Positions 7,352-17,642 of a stretch of 32,272 bases of DNA are shown one piece after another. The notes under the pieces were generated by a model, which was given only the letters and a program-made list of their open reading frames with translations, made no database searches and was not told the DNA's origin. Position 1 is the first letter of the stretch. Each line of letters opens with the position of its first letter. The position numbers and the translations under genes were made by a program. Origin of the DNA: a virus (lineage: Duplodnaviria > Caudoviricetes); IMG/VR virus record IMGVR_UViG_3300025168_000354, positions 1 through 32,272 of that record, one strand, 5' to 3'.

Positions 7352-9304
7352 TTAGAAGTTGGGGAACAGTCTTATTCCAGTGCATTTAAACACCTTGCCG
7401 TAACAATGTTCATAATAACAAGGTGTGTTAGGAGGGAAGTTATCGTTTTCTTCTGGTTCCCGACATATTTCACACTTCCCGCCACATCTACCAGCTTCGT
7501 GTTCAAAGTGTATGTTTTCTGCCATTGGTTCCATTTGGCAACTTAGTCCGCCTGGACAATGTACGCATTGAGTGCCACCAAGATGAGCAGGACAAGTACC
7601 AAGTTCATACCTCATTTTTAATAGATGGCCACAAGCTCCATACGGTCCTTGTTGACACTTTTGATAACTTCCATCACCAGGCCACCAGCCGCAACAATGA
7701 CCTGTGTCACTAATACCATTGCCTTCACACCATTCATCTCCGTGTATAAGTTCAGGGCAACATGACCCACACGGACCCTTTTCAAACGGATAACAAAAGT
7801 ATGAAGTGCCATCATCTTCTTCATGACAAGGAAATGTTGCACCTTGAACACCTTGACCGCATGCGTCACAAGCGTCTGTAGATTTGCAAAACAATGGGTC
7901 ACAATCTTCATCTTCTCCTATTGTGCAATCTGCTCCTCCGTTTTGACAATGACAAAGACCACCACCCCCAAATCCAGTACAGCCGTCTCCGCACCCAGCT
8001 TTGTGATACAGCGTCCCTGGTGGGTCTGCGTCCAATTCACAACCTTGACATTGGCCAAATGCGGATCGAGATAACTCAACAGAAACTTCTAGCTCGTTAA
8101 TCGTTTTACTTCCTACCCACCTGTCGTTTTCTCTGCGTACAAACAAAGAAAAACTTTGACCACATTCTGGGCCTACTTCTTGCCAAGGACTTCCAACACA
8201 CACAATTGTAAATGAGATAATCCCATATTGCCTTACGCTTGGAATCCAACCAACGCCAGGCTGATATTCGCAATAACAATCTCGACAAGTTTTGCGGCAT
8301 TCAAGCTCTGGGGGTTCTACATATTCTTTACATCTGCCATCATTACATCCGTCATATTCTACGCCGCATGGTGGGTCACCTAAAAACAAGACAGGGTATT
8401 TAGGCTGACTGTTTCCAAACGCTGGATTTACTTTGTACAAGCCGCCAGATTTGTTGTAGCAGCATGTGCCTCGCTTTATTGTGTCTGGCATGCAACGCTG
8501 CGTGTACCCACCTGGACAACCATTTGGGCAACAAAAGTACGGAGATTCAGAATTATCCTCTTCTTCATCCGCTCCGCATTTACACAAAACAGACCAAGCA
8601 GGTCTATAAGACTGACACTCTTGAAAGTTGTCAGAACAAGCAATGTAATCTTGATACCAACAAACCTGTTTGCAACAATCAACACAAAGCTCGCTTACTT
8701 TGTTGCCTGGTGTATTCCAGTAACCACACTCATACCGACAGTTAGGATTGTTTTGCGGATCACACCCGTTGTTTTTTTCGTCAATAATTCTAGGCAAGCC
8801 CGATGTTGTAGAGCTACCTCTTGCCCATCCGCATTGATACCCGCAATATGGAGTTCCCAAAGGTTGACGAACAACGACTTGACCTAACGGAGACGAAGTG
8901 CCGTTTGGGTTGTCTGGATCTTCCGGTATTTGAATATCGGTTTTTCCGCTGTAACAACCAGACCCATTATGACCTTCTCCATCCCAAAAACGCACCCTAA
9001 ACCACCAGTCAGTAGGTTCAAAATCGCACTCTCTTCTTAGCCTGTCAAACTCATTGAACTGTCTTGTGCATATAGATATGTACTTTGGCATATCTTCCAT
9101 GCAAGGAGGGTCATCGTTTGGATCGTCACTTATGGAACAATGCCGAAAGTTATAGTATCGACAAGGTTCAGTGCAGCAATCGCACACTATCGAAAGATCA
9201 GCAGCTTCAGCAAGAACGTATTGTTTGTTTCTAACAACGTAAGAAGTAACTTGTGCTTCTTCGTCTCTTCTTGCTAGTTGTTTTCTTTCTTCTCCACTCG
9301 CCAC
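7352..9304 (-). CDS. very cysteine-rich protein, putative tail-tip/receptor-binding protein
   Basis: 650 aa with about 68 Cys by manual count. GAGGGG RBS; lies at the distal end of the tail module. Confidence 0.75.
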   Translation of the reverse strand: MASGEERKQLARRDEEAQVTSYVVRNKQYVLAEAADLSIVCDCCTEPCRYYNFRHCSISDDPNDDPPCMEDMPKYISICTRQFNEFDRLRRECDFEPTDWWFRVRFWDGEGHNGSGCYSGKTDIQIPEDPDNPNGTSSPLGQVVVRQPLGTPYCGYQCGWARGSSTTSGLPRIIDEKNNGCDPQNNPNCRYECGYWNTPGNKVSELCVDCCKQVCWYQDYIACSDNFQECQSYRPAWSVLCKCGADEEEDNSESPYFCCPNGCPGGYTQRCMPDTIKRGTCCYNKSGGLYKVNPAFGNSQPKYPVLFLGDPPCGVEYDGCNDGRCKEYVEPPELECRKTCRDCYCEYQPGVGWIPSVRQYGIISFTIVCVGSPWQEVGPECGQSFSLFVRRENDRWVGSKTINELEVSVELSRSAFGQCQGCELDADPPGTLYHKAGCGDGCTGFGGGGLCHCQNGGADCTIGEDEDCDPLFCKSTDACDACGQGVQGATFPCHEEDDGTSYFCYPFEKGPCGSCCPELIHGDEWCEGNGISDTGHCCGWWPGDGSYQKCQQGPYGACGHLLKMRYELGTCPAHLGGTQCVHCPGGLSCQMEPMAENIHFEHEAGRCGGKCEICREPEENDNFPPNTPCYYEHCYGKVFKCTGIRLFPNF

Positions 9305-9308
9305 TTGA

Positions 9309-9656
9309 TTACCCCTCGTAGTTCCACCCTACGGATTCAATCTCGTCACATGCCGAAGCACGGGAAGACGCTTTTCCGTCCCAGGCAACCGAATTGATTT
9401 GTTCCTCGAGTCCATTGCAATAATCTCGAACTGAATTGATCTTTGCCAAGAGAGATGTTTTTTCTGCCCCCTTGATAATGCCCATTGCAATGTTTCGTTG
9501 CTTGAACTCTGGAACAACTTCTTCGATGTGCCTGGCCGCTCGCTTACGAATACGAGACAGACGATAAGTACGGACAGCTTCAACCTCGCGCTCATCAATA
9601 ATCTCGATGATCGATCCATCCTGGCTACACCTCATTGTTGATTTGTAGTTGCTCAT
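9309..9656 (-). CDS. hypothetical protein, tail-fibre-assembly-like
   Basis: Helical 115-aa ORF (IRKRA..HI....P..KQRN) following a fibre-like gene. ATGA overlap. Confidence 0.6.
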   Translation of the reverse strand: MSNYKSTMRCSQDGSIIEIIDEREVEAVRTYRLSRIRKRAARHIEEVVPEFKQRNIAMGIIKGAEKTSLLAKINSVRDYCNGLEEQINSVAWDGKASSRASACDEIESVGWNYEG

Positions 9657-10282
9657 GCTGACGTAAACCTTATTCCGATTCTTGGGATATAACCAGCAGT
9701 CATTTTGCTATTAGCATTTGCGCTTGTTGGAAGATCAGAAGTTGAGTTGGTTTCCAGGTAACAACCAAAGTCGGCGTTAAATGTGGAGAGCGGTTGTGAA
9801 TAGAAAGATTTGCTGTTGTTTACCGCGCCTGAGTACGAATGCTCAATGTCGATTGCCCCAGATGCAATGTGAGACCCCATCCAATACCAACCTGCTGTGA
9901 GGGTAGGAGCCGATACAAATGCCACAGATGAATCGCCTGTTCCATTTCCAGTAATCGCCCCTTCAGTTGCCGCTATTTTGGATGACGGCAAACCATTTAC
10001 GTTTGTGTACATGGCAACCTTCAAGCTTCCAGTGTTTCCAGCATCGTCGCCATTAATCCCATACTGGGCAATAGCAATCGTGTAAGGGATGTACCACAAC
10101 TGGTAGGCCGTTGCTCCGTTGTGAGCAATACCGGCATCATTCCCAGTCGTTGTGTATCCAAGGTAAAACCCATCAGTTGTTTGATCGGTCCTGAAGCCTG
10201 GGTGACCCAACTGGTTGCTGTCAATAGTTGTAACAGAGTTAGTCTTTAACCTTCCGCTGCTGTCGTAGACTCTTACGCTCAT
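9653..10282 (-). CDS. putative virion structural / fibre-like protein
   Basis: G/S/T/A-rich and beta-like (L.AGWYW). The ATG at 10282 overlaps the upstream TGA (the ORF track starts at 10384). Confidence 0.65.
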   Translation of the reverse strand: MSVRVYDSSGRLKTNSVTTIDSNQLGHPGFRTDQTTDGFYLGYTTTGNDAGIAHNGATAYQLWYIPYTIAIAQYGINGDDAGNTGSLKVAMYTNVNGLPSSKIAATEGAITGNGTGDSSVAFVSAPTLTAGWYWMGSHIASGAIDIEHSYSGAVNNSKSFYSQPLSTFNADFGCYLETNSTSDLPTSANANSKMTAGYIPRIGIRFTSA

Positions 10283-10632
10283 CAATAAACCTCCCTGGCT
10301 ATTACTGTCATCCACTGCAATTCGCTGGTGGTGACGGTTGCTGACAGATAGCCTATCAACTTTTGATGTGCTTGAAGCACGCAAACAACTCCGTCTGCTT
10401 GCATGTATTCAGATGAAGCCAACTCTATGTCATTCATAATGTTGAGATATTCATCGTCTTCGTTCGTTTTTGTCGCGTCTTGAATGCGTATTTTGGGAGT
10501 AGCGGTTTCTGTGTCAGAATTTATGACTCTTAACATCGTCACAATCGTTAGACCACTGATCGGAGCAGGAACCAGCTCGATTTCTTCAGTCCCTTCAAAA
10601 AGACCTTTATGGGAGTTTGTGTAAACAGGCAT
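10282..10632 (-). CDS. putative small structural protein
   Basis: 116-aa beta-rich ORF tightly packed in the tail operon. Confidence 0.65.
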   Translation of the reverse strand: MPVYTNSHKGLFEGTEEIELVPAPISGLTIVTMLRVINSDTETATPKIRIQDATKTNEDDEYLNIMNDIELASSEYMQADGVVCVLQAHQKLIGYLSATVTTSELQWMTVIAREVY

Positions 10633-10634
10633 TG

Positions 10635-12788
10635 TTAATATCCGTGCATTCGAGAAATGTAACTACCAAAGAATCCCATGTCTGATCCTGCTGCTCGACC
10701 ATCGCCTGGCGGAGTTGCGCTGCATTGTACAACACTTGGATGCTCCCAAACAAACAAGACGTATTCTGGTTCTTTTGGATTAGAACCTCGTCTTCGGCTA
10801 CTTCTTTGATTTGCCGATCTTTGCGTGCCTGGGCTTACAGGATACGATTGAGAAAGACCACTGTTTACCGTTGACGATATCGGGCCAAACATTTGTGCCA
10901 TTACTTGTAACTGGTCAACCGAAGAATCTGAATAAGGCAAACTTGCAGAATCAATGTCTGTCGGGACCATTGGGGGGGGAATAGGCTCAGATGTTTGATC
11001 GCTGTATACAACGTCTGGATGAATACCAGAACCAGATTTTCCCAAACCCTCCAACCCACCTGGTGGTATGACTCCAATAATGCAGACTTGCCCTACTTGG
11101 GCTGCAACAATGTCAACCATCAAAGGGTCGTGCATTCTTTCCGGCTCGTAGTTGTTTATGACATCTGCTGTCAACTCTGAATTGTTGTAAGCAGCTGCTG
11201 AATATCCAACAATGTCCCAACCTTGGTCGGGACCAAACACTTCGGTTATCTCGCCCAAGTACAAATCTATTTGTGAAGCAACGCTTTTTCTTCCTTCAAT
11301 CAAAACCCCACCGGAGTTTTGGTAAAAGGTTCTAGCATCGCCTACAGAATGAATATCTGATTGTTTAAGCGGCTTGTTGTCAACAAAACCAAACAAAGGA
11401 TGATGGTAATCACCTTTGATTGTAGTTTTAGGTCCGTTCAATCCAATAGACCACACTACTTCTTGCGCTCCAGCCCAAAGAACCAAGAAATCGTCGTAAG
11501 TTGGACTTCCTAAAATGCCTCGTATCTCAAGATCGCAAGCTCCGCAACTAAACCTTGAATAGTAAATGCTAGAAATGTCATTAGCTATATTGTCTAGTTG
11601 TGATCCGTTTAGCAACGTGTATTGTTCTTGACCGTCTTCGTCTTCACCTTTACGAAACCTGGCCCACTTGTGCGAGTAAACAGATTTAGTCATTGGGATC
11701 GGGCTATGCAATCCTCCTCGACCAGTCATTTTTTCATACGAACGCCATCTGTCAGTAGTAAAGTTGTAAGGCCCAACATCTTCAAAATCTATGCCTTGCT
11801 CATCGGCGTCCATGAAATTCATATCTTTTTGATACTTGTTGTCTTCAACTGCAACAGGAAAGTGAACTTCTACTTTTGTGGGGATTTCGTTAATTGCTAG
11901 TTCTGCGCTTGTCGTTCCAAATCCTTGAAGATTGTTGCCGTTGAACTCTGCTTTGAATCCACCAGTAATCAACGCGGCATCTAGTCCAGAGCTGAATGCG
12001 TAAGAAGCTTTCAACGATCCATTCTTAATGAGTTGGATTTGATACCGTTTCCCAGATTCAGCAACGTCAATGTTAGGAAGTGCAACAAGAACACATCCGT
12101 ATGCCTGGAGAATGTAATCAATGACTTCTCCGAGGGGTTGTCCTGTAAAATGATACTCGCCTAAGAGACCGCTTCCTTCAATCAAATTCAAGCCTGCCCA
12201 CAGCTCTTCGTTAAATCCAAGAGCTAGGTTTTTCCATTCAATTATGTGTCTTAGAACTTCTGAACCTGACCAGGATGACACGTTTTCTGTTTGTGAATAC
12301 GTTGAAGTTTGAGCAAGAAGATCAACCCTGTCTTTTGGTTTTGTAATGTTGATTCCATATTTCAACACATCGGGTCGAACATCTTCTTCTCCTTCTTGAG
12401 TATTTGTTTTACCTGAATTTACGCTGTCGATATTCCAGTAGTATCTCTCGTCAACCAATTCAATTACATACAACTCAAGTACGCCGTTGTCAGATGGATA
12501 CAAAGGCGTAGGAGTCATCATAAACATTTGAAACTCAAGGCCATCAAACGAAAACAAAACCTTATTTTCGCCTGCTGCTGGATTCAACGCCGTCAAAGTT
12601 CTTTCGTGTACGACGAACCTGGCGACAGCATGATTGCTTGCTCCAATAGGCCAAAACACTTCATTGATTCCTGAAGTGTCTACTTTGTTGTTATTTAACA
12701 ACTGGACAACCTCGGGAGTCATCGAGACAACAGAGTTTATATTGTCTTCAAGTGAAGAAAACTTGATTTCTGAAAAGCCAGTTGTCAC
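10635..12788 (-). CDS. putative tail/baseplate hub protein
   Basis: 717 aa with LVDERYYW and GEVIDYIL..YG. Second large gene after the tape-measure-like gene. Confidence 0.6.
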   Translation of the reverse strand: MTTGFSEIKFSSLEDNINSVVSMTPEVVQLLNNNKVDTSGINEVFWPIGASNHAVARFVVHERTLTALNPAAGENKVLFSFDGLEFQMFMMTPTPLYPSDNGVLELYVIELVDERYYWNIDSVNSGKTNTQEGEEDVRPDVLKYGINITKPKDRVDLLAQTSTYSQTENVSSWSGSEVLRHIIEWKNLALGFNEELWAGLNLIEGSGLLGEYHFTGQPLGEVIDYILQAYGCVLVALPNIDVAESGKRYQIQLIKNGSLKASYAFSSGLDAALITGGFKAEFNGNNLQGFGTTSAELAINEIPTKVEVHFPVAVEDNKYQKDMNFMDADEQGIDFEDVGPYNFTTDRWRSYEKMTGRGGLHSPIPMTKSVYSHKWARFRKGEDEDGQEQYTLLNGSQLDNIANDISSIYYSRFSCGACDLEIRGILGSPTYDDFLVLWAGAQEVVWSIGLNGPKTTIKGDYHHPLFGFVDNKPLKQSDIHSVGDARTFYQNSGGVLIEGRKSVASQIDLYLGEITEVFGPDQGWDIVGYSAAAYNNSELTADVINNYEPERMHDPLMVDIVAAQVGQVCIIGVIPPGGLEGLGKSGSGIHPDVVYSDQTSEPIPPPMVPTDIDSASLPYSDSSVDQLQVMAQMFGPISSTVNSGLSQSYPVSPGTQRSANQRSSRRRGSNPKEPEYVLFVWEHPSVVQCSATPPGDGRAAGSDMGFFGSYISRMHGY

Positions 12789-12804
12789 AGGTTAAACCTT
12801 GTTA

Positions 12805-14823
12805 TTAATCTTCGCCATACAGTTTAGGCGAGTTTCCAAGTTTGTATTCTTTACTCGATTGTTCGCCAACGTTTTCACCAGACAAAAGCGTACGATTCAA
12901 CGAGCCTGTGGTTTCGTCCAAACCGCCTTCTACTCTTGGATCTACAGGCATTTGAATCGTTCCACCTTGCGGCCACCATGCTTTCATTTCTACAGTTCCC
13001 CACCCTGGCAAGTTGAAAGAAGAAGCGTAGAAACCTGTTGATGCAGTCGTGCCGTTATCAAGAAGCTGCACAACTCGTCTATATGAAGCCAAATAGTTTC
13101 TGTTGTTATTTGCGTCCACTTCGCCACGATTTACATTGAAGTTTTCTTCAAGAGTGACTCCGTTTTCAGGTTTAGAAAGCATAAATCGTTTAGGTGGCAA
13201 ACCAACCCTGGAAAACTTGTATTCAGAAACAATCTTTACGGTGGGCTTGCTTATTTGAAACGGCACGTCGTGTGCAGTCATGCTTTGACCTGGCATAACA
13301 ATTACATTCGTATCCATTTCAATGTGTTCGTCAGCAGATACTAGAACGTATGGGTTTTTGGAATGTTCTGTTTCGTCGATAGGTGCGTTTATATGCTCTC
13401 CGTCAGTCGCCTCAACAATAGCGTCAGACACCGTTTCGTCGTCTGCAACTAATGCAACGTCATCGCCATTCCACTCATTTGCGGTTCGCCAAGTTGCTTG
13501 CGGAAATGCTCGTTCATTGGCCCAAGCTGAGTTGTTATCTGGATCAAAAGGCAAGAATAGTTGTCTTTTGACAGAAGAAATCATTTGCGAACCATAAGCA
13601 TTTGGACGTTCTGCCAAACCCAACCCGTCTTTAGAGAAAAACGGGTCCATTAAGTTGAACCCTGTTCCCTGTCCTGCTCCACCAGTTGTTCCGAATGGAG
13701 ATGTGGTCTGCATGCCTTGAGCAATAATCTGAAGCTTGATTTTCTTCTTAGTAAATATGTCTTCTTCGCCAACAGTAATAGACATGATCCTATCTGGTGT
13801 CTTTCCTGTTTCGCCTCCGCCTGGGTCCATTACTGAGCCAAAGAATATGCGTGATGCCGCAATGCGAATAAGGCTGTTTAGCAACTCTCGAGGATCAGAA
13901 TTCGTGTCGCCTTCTAGTTCCCCAGTGAACACTTTTGTTCCAAGCATTGTCATGCCGCTATCAACAGATCGTTTGTAAACAAATGATCCGCTGCCACGTT
14001 TTGCAGGAAATGGCAAAGGTCTTGCGTATTCTTTGAGGGTAATTCTGTACAGAAGCTTGCTTCCAGATGTATCCGTCGCCCATCTCATTGAGTCAACGCG
14101 GAAGTTGTCGGGAACTGCTGGCATAACCAGTGTTCTCCACTTATCTGGATTAGTTCCTCTTGTAGTTCCTGTAGAGGCGTTTCTTCCATCGACGTAGTTT
14201 CTGGTTCTCAACTGACCGTCAACAACAAGAGTGGTCATTCCCGCTTCGTCAATGGTGTATTCTTGAGTCCAGGTGTGACTAATAACGTCGTATGTCAGAC
14301 CAGCAGCAGGTGGCTCGTATTTGTGCCAAGTAATCGTGAATGAAACAACGGCGGTTGATGTCCCAACGATTTCTTCAATGGAAAAATCACAAGTCGGCAA
14401 CCCGTAATCGTCTTCGTCCATTCCGTAATAAGTAACAACGTTGAACTCGCTACCCCCTGTGAACTCGTCTGTTTCGCCCTGCAATCCGTCTGTTTGCGTT
14501 GCGCTGTGAATACCGCTTGCAACGTCTGTCGCAACAGTTTCGGAGTCAAGATAGACCTTGACAGCCGTAGATGCGCCTTTCCTCGGATGCGCAGCTAACA
14601 ATGCACGGGCGTTCAAAACAGCCGATCTAAAATTCGCGTCAGTTGTTTTGGAAATCAATGCCGTGCCTGTAATCACATGCCTGGTTGTTTCGATTGATAT
14701 GCCGTCATCAGAAAACACTGGAGACGACTTCACGCTTTGGACGTTAACGTGACTCCAATCAAGGTGTTCTGCTGCATCTCCTGCTGAACCAAATCCGTTG
14801 TATGTGATTGCCCATTTAGCCAT
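12805..14823 (-). CDS. putative distal tail/baseplate protein
   Basis: About 672 aa, beta-rich. The ATG at 14823 follows the upstream stop directly (the ORF track starts at 14850). Confidence 0.6.
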   Translation of the reverse strand: MAKWAITYNGFGSAGDAAEHLDWSHVNVQSVKSSPVFSDDGISIETTRHVITGTALISKTTDANFRSAVLNARALLAAHPRKGASTAVKVYLDSETVATDVASGIHSATQTDGLQGETDEFTGGSEFNVVTYYGMDEDDYGLPTCDFSIEEIVGTSTAVVSFTITWHKYEPPAAGLTYDVISHTWTQEYTIDEAGMTTLVVDGQLRTRNYVDGRNASTGTTRGTNPDKWRTLVMPAVPDNFRVDSMRWATDTSGSKLLYRITLKEYARPLPFPAKRGSGSFVYKRSVDSGMTMLGTKVFTGELEGDTNSDPRELLNSLIRIAASRIFFGSVMDPGGGETGKTPDRIMSITVGEEDIFTKKKIKLQIIAQGMQTTSPFGTTGGAGQGTGFNLMDPFFSKDGLGLAERPNAYGSQMISSVKRQLFLPFDPDNNSAWANERAFPQATWRTANEWNGDDVALVADDETVSDAIVEATDGEHINAPIDETEHSKNPYVLVSADEHIEMDTNVIVMPGQSMTAHDVPFQISKPTVKIVSEYKFSRVGLPPKRFMLSKPENGVTLEENFNVNRGEVDANNNRNYLASYRRVVQLLDNGTTASTGFYASSFNLPGWGTVEMKAWWPQGGTIQMPVDPRVEGGLDETTGSLNRTLLSGENVGEQSSKEYKLGNSPKLYGED

Positions 14824-14824
14824 C

Positions 14825-15811
14825 TTATTTGCCCCAGTTTTGTTGTTCACGTTTAGACAAACGACTAAATCCAGACTGGTTTAGTTCTCTTCCAGACGCC
14901 AACGCTCCACGGACTTGAGTGTCGTGCCTCCACATGCCACTGGTCATATGCTCGAGCATTGCCATCATGTTTCCGTTTGCGTCTTGCAGTTGGGCAATCT
15001 CTTGCCTTAGCCCTTCTTCGTCGTTTCCGCGTTTGACTTCTGCAATTGCCTCGTCAATCTTCTTTGAGATGCTAATTCCAAGATCACCTACCATGCCGAC
15101 CGCAGGGCCAACACCTGGAATCATAGAAATAATCTTTACCAACCAACCACCTGCCCAAATAAAGTCGCTTGCTAGTTGAAGTACAGCAACCGTGCATAGC
15201 CTGGCGGCTTTCGCCAAACCATCTACACCGCCAAACGCGTCAACCAAAGGTTTAATCAGTTTTTCCATTGTCTTGAAGAAGACTTCAAGCACGGTAATCT
15301 TGATTGCTCCAAACACTGTATCAAGTGCATTCTTGACGTTGGCAAACCCTTCCCTTGCCTTTGTCATCTCGAGCAGCATCGGACCCAGTGCTTTGGCCTT
15401 TTCCATTTGCCTGTTAAAATCGCCGATGGCAGTGATCGCGGATGCCATTGCAGCCTGTCCGCTCAATGCTGCAAGCTGGGAAATCAGTTGTTGAGTCTCA
15501 GAATCCCAACGCTGCATTGTTGCAAAAAACTTCTTTATTGCATTTACAACTGTGTCAAACGCTTTTTTGGCTGCGAAAAGACCAACAGTAGCAACGCCCA
15601 AACCCGCCGCAAACTTGCCCATTTTGCCCATGGGAGCAGGTGCGACTCCACCTTCGCCGCCTTCTCTTCCTCCGCCGTCTGTTTGGCCTGGAATAATCGG
15701 CGGTATAAACCTGCCACCGCCTTCGCCCTCATTCCCACCTGCACCAGGCAATGGCAACGTCTGGTCATCAGATTGAATTACAACGTCGATTTGTCCAAGG
15801 TTTTCAGCCAT
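14825..15811 (-). CDS. short tape-measure-like protein
   Basis: MAENLGQIDVVI N-terminus, Ala/Gly-rich amphipathic helices with hydrophobic stretches, position in the tail operon. Confidence 0.6.
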   Translation of the reverse strand: MAENLGQIDVVIQSDDQTLPLPGAGGNEGEGGGRFIPPIIPGQTDGGGREGGEGGVAPAPMGKMGKFAAGLGVATVGLFAAKKAFDTVVNAIKKFFATMQRWDSETQQLISQLAALSGQAAMASAITAIGDFNRQMEKAKALGPMLLEMTKAREGFANVKNALDTVFGAIKITVLEVFFKTMEKLIKPLVDAFGGVDGLAKAARLCTVAVLQLASDFIWAGGWLVKIISMIPGVGPAVGMVGDLGISISKKIDEAIAEVKRGNDEEGLRQEIAQLQDANGNMMAMLEHMTSGMWRHDTQVRGALASGRELNQSGFSRLSKREQQNWGK

Positions 15812-16272
15812 CAGGCAATCTCATATCCAAACTTGTAGGTATCGGCCATGTAGCACCACCCTGGCTGCTCAGGAGACTCAAACAACCTGCTGCCACGCTC
15901 AAACGTAATTGGAATCGAAGCTTTGTTACTGCCATCGTAAGACAATATGTGATTGACCAGACCAGAACGGATTTCGGTCATCAACTTAAGAACGCCATAA
16001 GTCAGATTGGCAAACTTCTCCGTAGACCTGTTTCCTTGATCCAAGTACAAACGGCTCCACACAGCCACCTCAAACTCCTCCTGGATCAGGTAGTAGCCCG
16101 CCTGGGGAGTTACAGCAGTCGGAACGCCCGGAACGATCTGGATGTATTGATCGTCCTCCTGAGTAAACACAGGCTCGTGTGAGATGTAGATGAAATCATC
16201 GTGAACCAGGCTGACAACTGCCTTGGCTTTCGTCAAGAGAGCTTGATACATCTTGTCAGGCGTTGTACTCAT
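15811..16272 (-). CDS. putative tail terminator/completion protein
   Basis: 153-aa alpha/beta pattern resembling tail completion proteins. One-nt overlaps on both sides. Confidence 0.5.
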   Translation of the reverse strand: MSTTPDKMYQALLTKAKAVVSLVHDDFIYISHEPVFTQEDDQYIQIVPGVPTAVTPQAGYYLIQEEFEVAVWSRLYLDQGNRSTEKFANLTYGVLKLMTEIRSGLVNHILSYDGSNKASIPITFERGSRLFESPEQPGWCYMADTYKFGYEIA

Positions 16273-17642
16273 TAGGCGATCAGACTATCTGCGATGGTTT
16301 CGCTACCGCTAGTGTGTTCTGGAAGCTGTTTGCCACGACCGTGCATATCGAAGAACTTGTCAAAGTTTTCCTGCATGGTCCCAGTGCTGCTCTTAGCAAC
16401 CGCAATAACAAACTGATCGTCTTTGACGAAATCAGTAGCCCCGCGAAGGATTGACACATATGGTCCGCCTCTGCCAACTTGCAACGGTTTTGCCACGCAC
16501 AACTGGTCAATGTAAGCGTTTTTGGTGTTTGTCATTGCAGTAGTAAGCTCGAGAGTGAGCTGGTAAGGACCGTTAGTAGTCAATGCTTCAGGAGTCTTGA
16601 AGAACGTAGAAGACGTAACCCATTGGCTGTCCGCTGCTGCACCCAAACTAATAGTTGAAGAAGCGGTAAGTCCGTTGTTAGTTACTTCTGTTCCGCCTGC
16701 ATCTTCAATACTGATCTTGAGAACGCCAGCAGCAACGCCAGAATCAAGGTAATACTTGTACGTCAAAATGTACACGGTATCCGGCAAAAGTTTTCCGGCG
16801 GTTCCACCAGCAGTATTCAATGATTGAGTCAACTTAGTCAAGTTTGACCCATCTCCTGTAATCTGCAAGCTTGCGTCGCCTTGGAAAATCTTAGCGGATG
16901 TTGTGTTCTTAGAAACGTGAGTCCCCGCCGTCCCTGTAGCAATAGTCCAGTTGGAAGGCGTGTTTGTGCTAAACGAATTGAATGCAGAGTTAGTAAGCAG
17001 GTTTTTGCTTGTTTGAGAAGAGGCGTCTACCGAAGGATCTGTAACAACTATGGTATGGCTTGCCCCTGATCCGCCTGGCCAATCTGGGTCTCGAATATCC
17101 GTAATTGGCATTTCGCCCCTGATGGAAAAGGTTTCTCGTCCAGCAGTGCCAGAAACTTGAGAATCCTTAGTGCAAGTGATGACCAGGGACTCAGCTCGAA
17201 TGTTTGCGGTTCTTTTGCTCAACGCTGTTGTTGATGCAAGGATAGTACCGTTTCCGGTGTTGCCTGAATGAGCCGCATCGGGCGCGCCGTAGGAGGAAGC
17301 ATTGATTGAAGCACTAGCGTCTTCCATCTGCTTAATCAAACGGTCCAACGCTGAATTGATGTCTTTTGACGGCAACGGGTCATCATCGTCCACCATTTCA
17401 ATCAATGTCTTATGTGCTACAGAGCGGATATTTGAATACACCGCTGCCATAGACAACTGGGCTTGTTTCTTGATCCCAGTCAACGCCAGGGCATGGTCGT
17501 TGTCGCCCACATCAAACTCGTTTAGAGCATCTTGGATTTCGGTTGCGATTGTGCCTTGTGCGGTTTTGATCTGCACCGCAACTTGGAACAACTTACCCAA
17601 TCTGGTAAACAGGCCATTTGACCCGGTTAGTGTGACTGCCAT
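16272..17642 (-). CDS. virion structural protein with a CBM4/9-like carbohydrate-binding insert
   Basis: NLLTNSAF....P.NW...G..SLQI...L.PDTVY.L....YIDQL jelly-roll pattern inside helical termini. Confidence 0.65.
   Translation of the reverse strand: MAVTLTGSNGLFTRLGKLFQVAVQIKTAQGTIATEIQDALNEFDVGDNDHALALTGIKKQAQLSMAAVYSNIRSVAHKTLIEMVDDDDPLPSKDINSALDRLIKQMEDASASINASSYGAPDAAHSGNTGNGTILASTTALSKRTANIRAESLVITCTKDSQVSGTAGRETFSIRGEMPITDIRDPDWPGGSGASHTIVVTDPSVDASSQTSKNLLTNSAFNSFSTNTPSNWTIATGTAGTHVSKNTTSAKIFQGDASLQITGDGSNLTKLTQSLNTAGGTAGKLLPDTVYILTYKYYLDSGVAAGVLKISIEDAGGTEVTNNGLTASSTISLGAAADSQWVTSSTFFKTPEALTTNGPYQLTLELTTAMTNTKNAYIDQLCVAKPLQVGRGGPYVSILRGATDFVKDDQFVIAVAKSSTGTMQENFDKFFDMHGRGKQLPEHTSGSETIADSLIA

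Noticed and set aside
7352-9304. Diversity-generating retroelement target or multiheme cytochrome
   Set aside because: No reverse transcriptase or template/variable repeat pair was seen, and there is no series of CxxCH heme motifs.
10972-10979. G8 tract (also C9 at 8-16 and a C-run near 28527) as a phase-variation site
   Set aside because: The runs are short, the reading frames are intact, and they encode Pro or Gly runs or form part of an RBS-like sequence.
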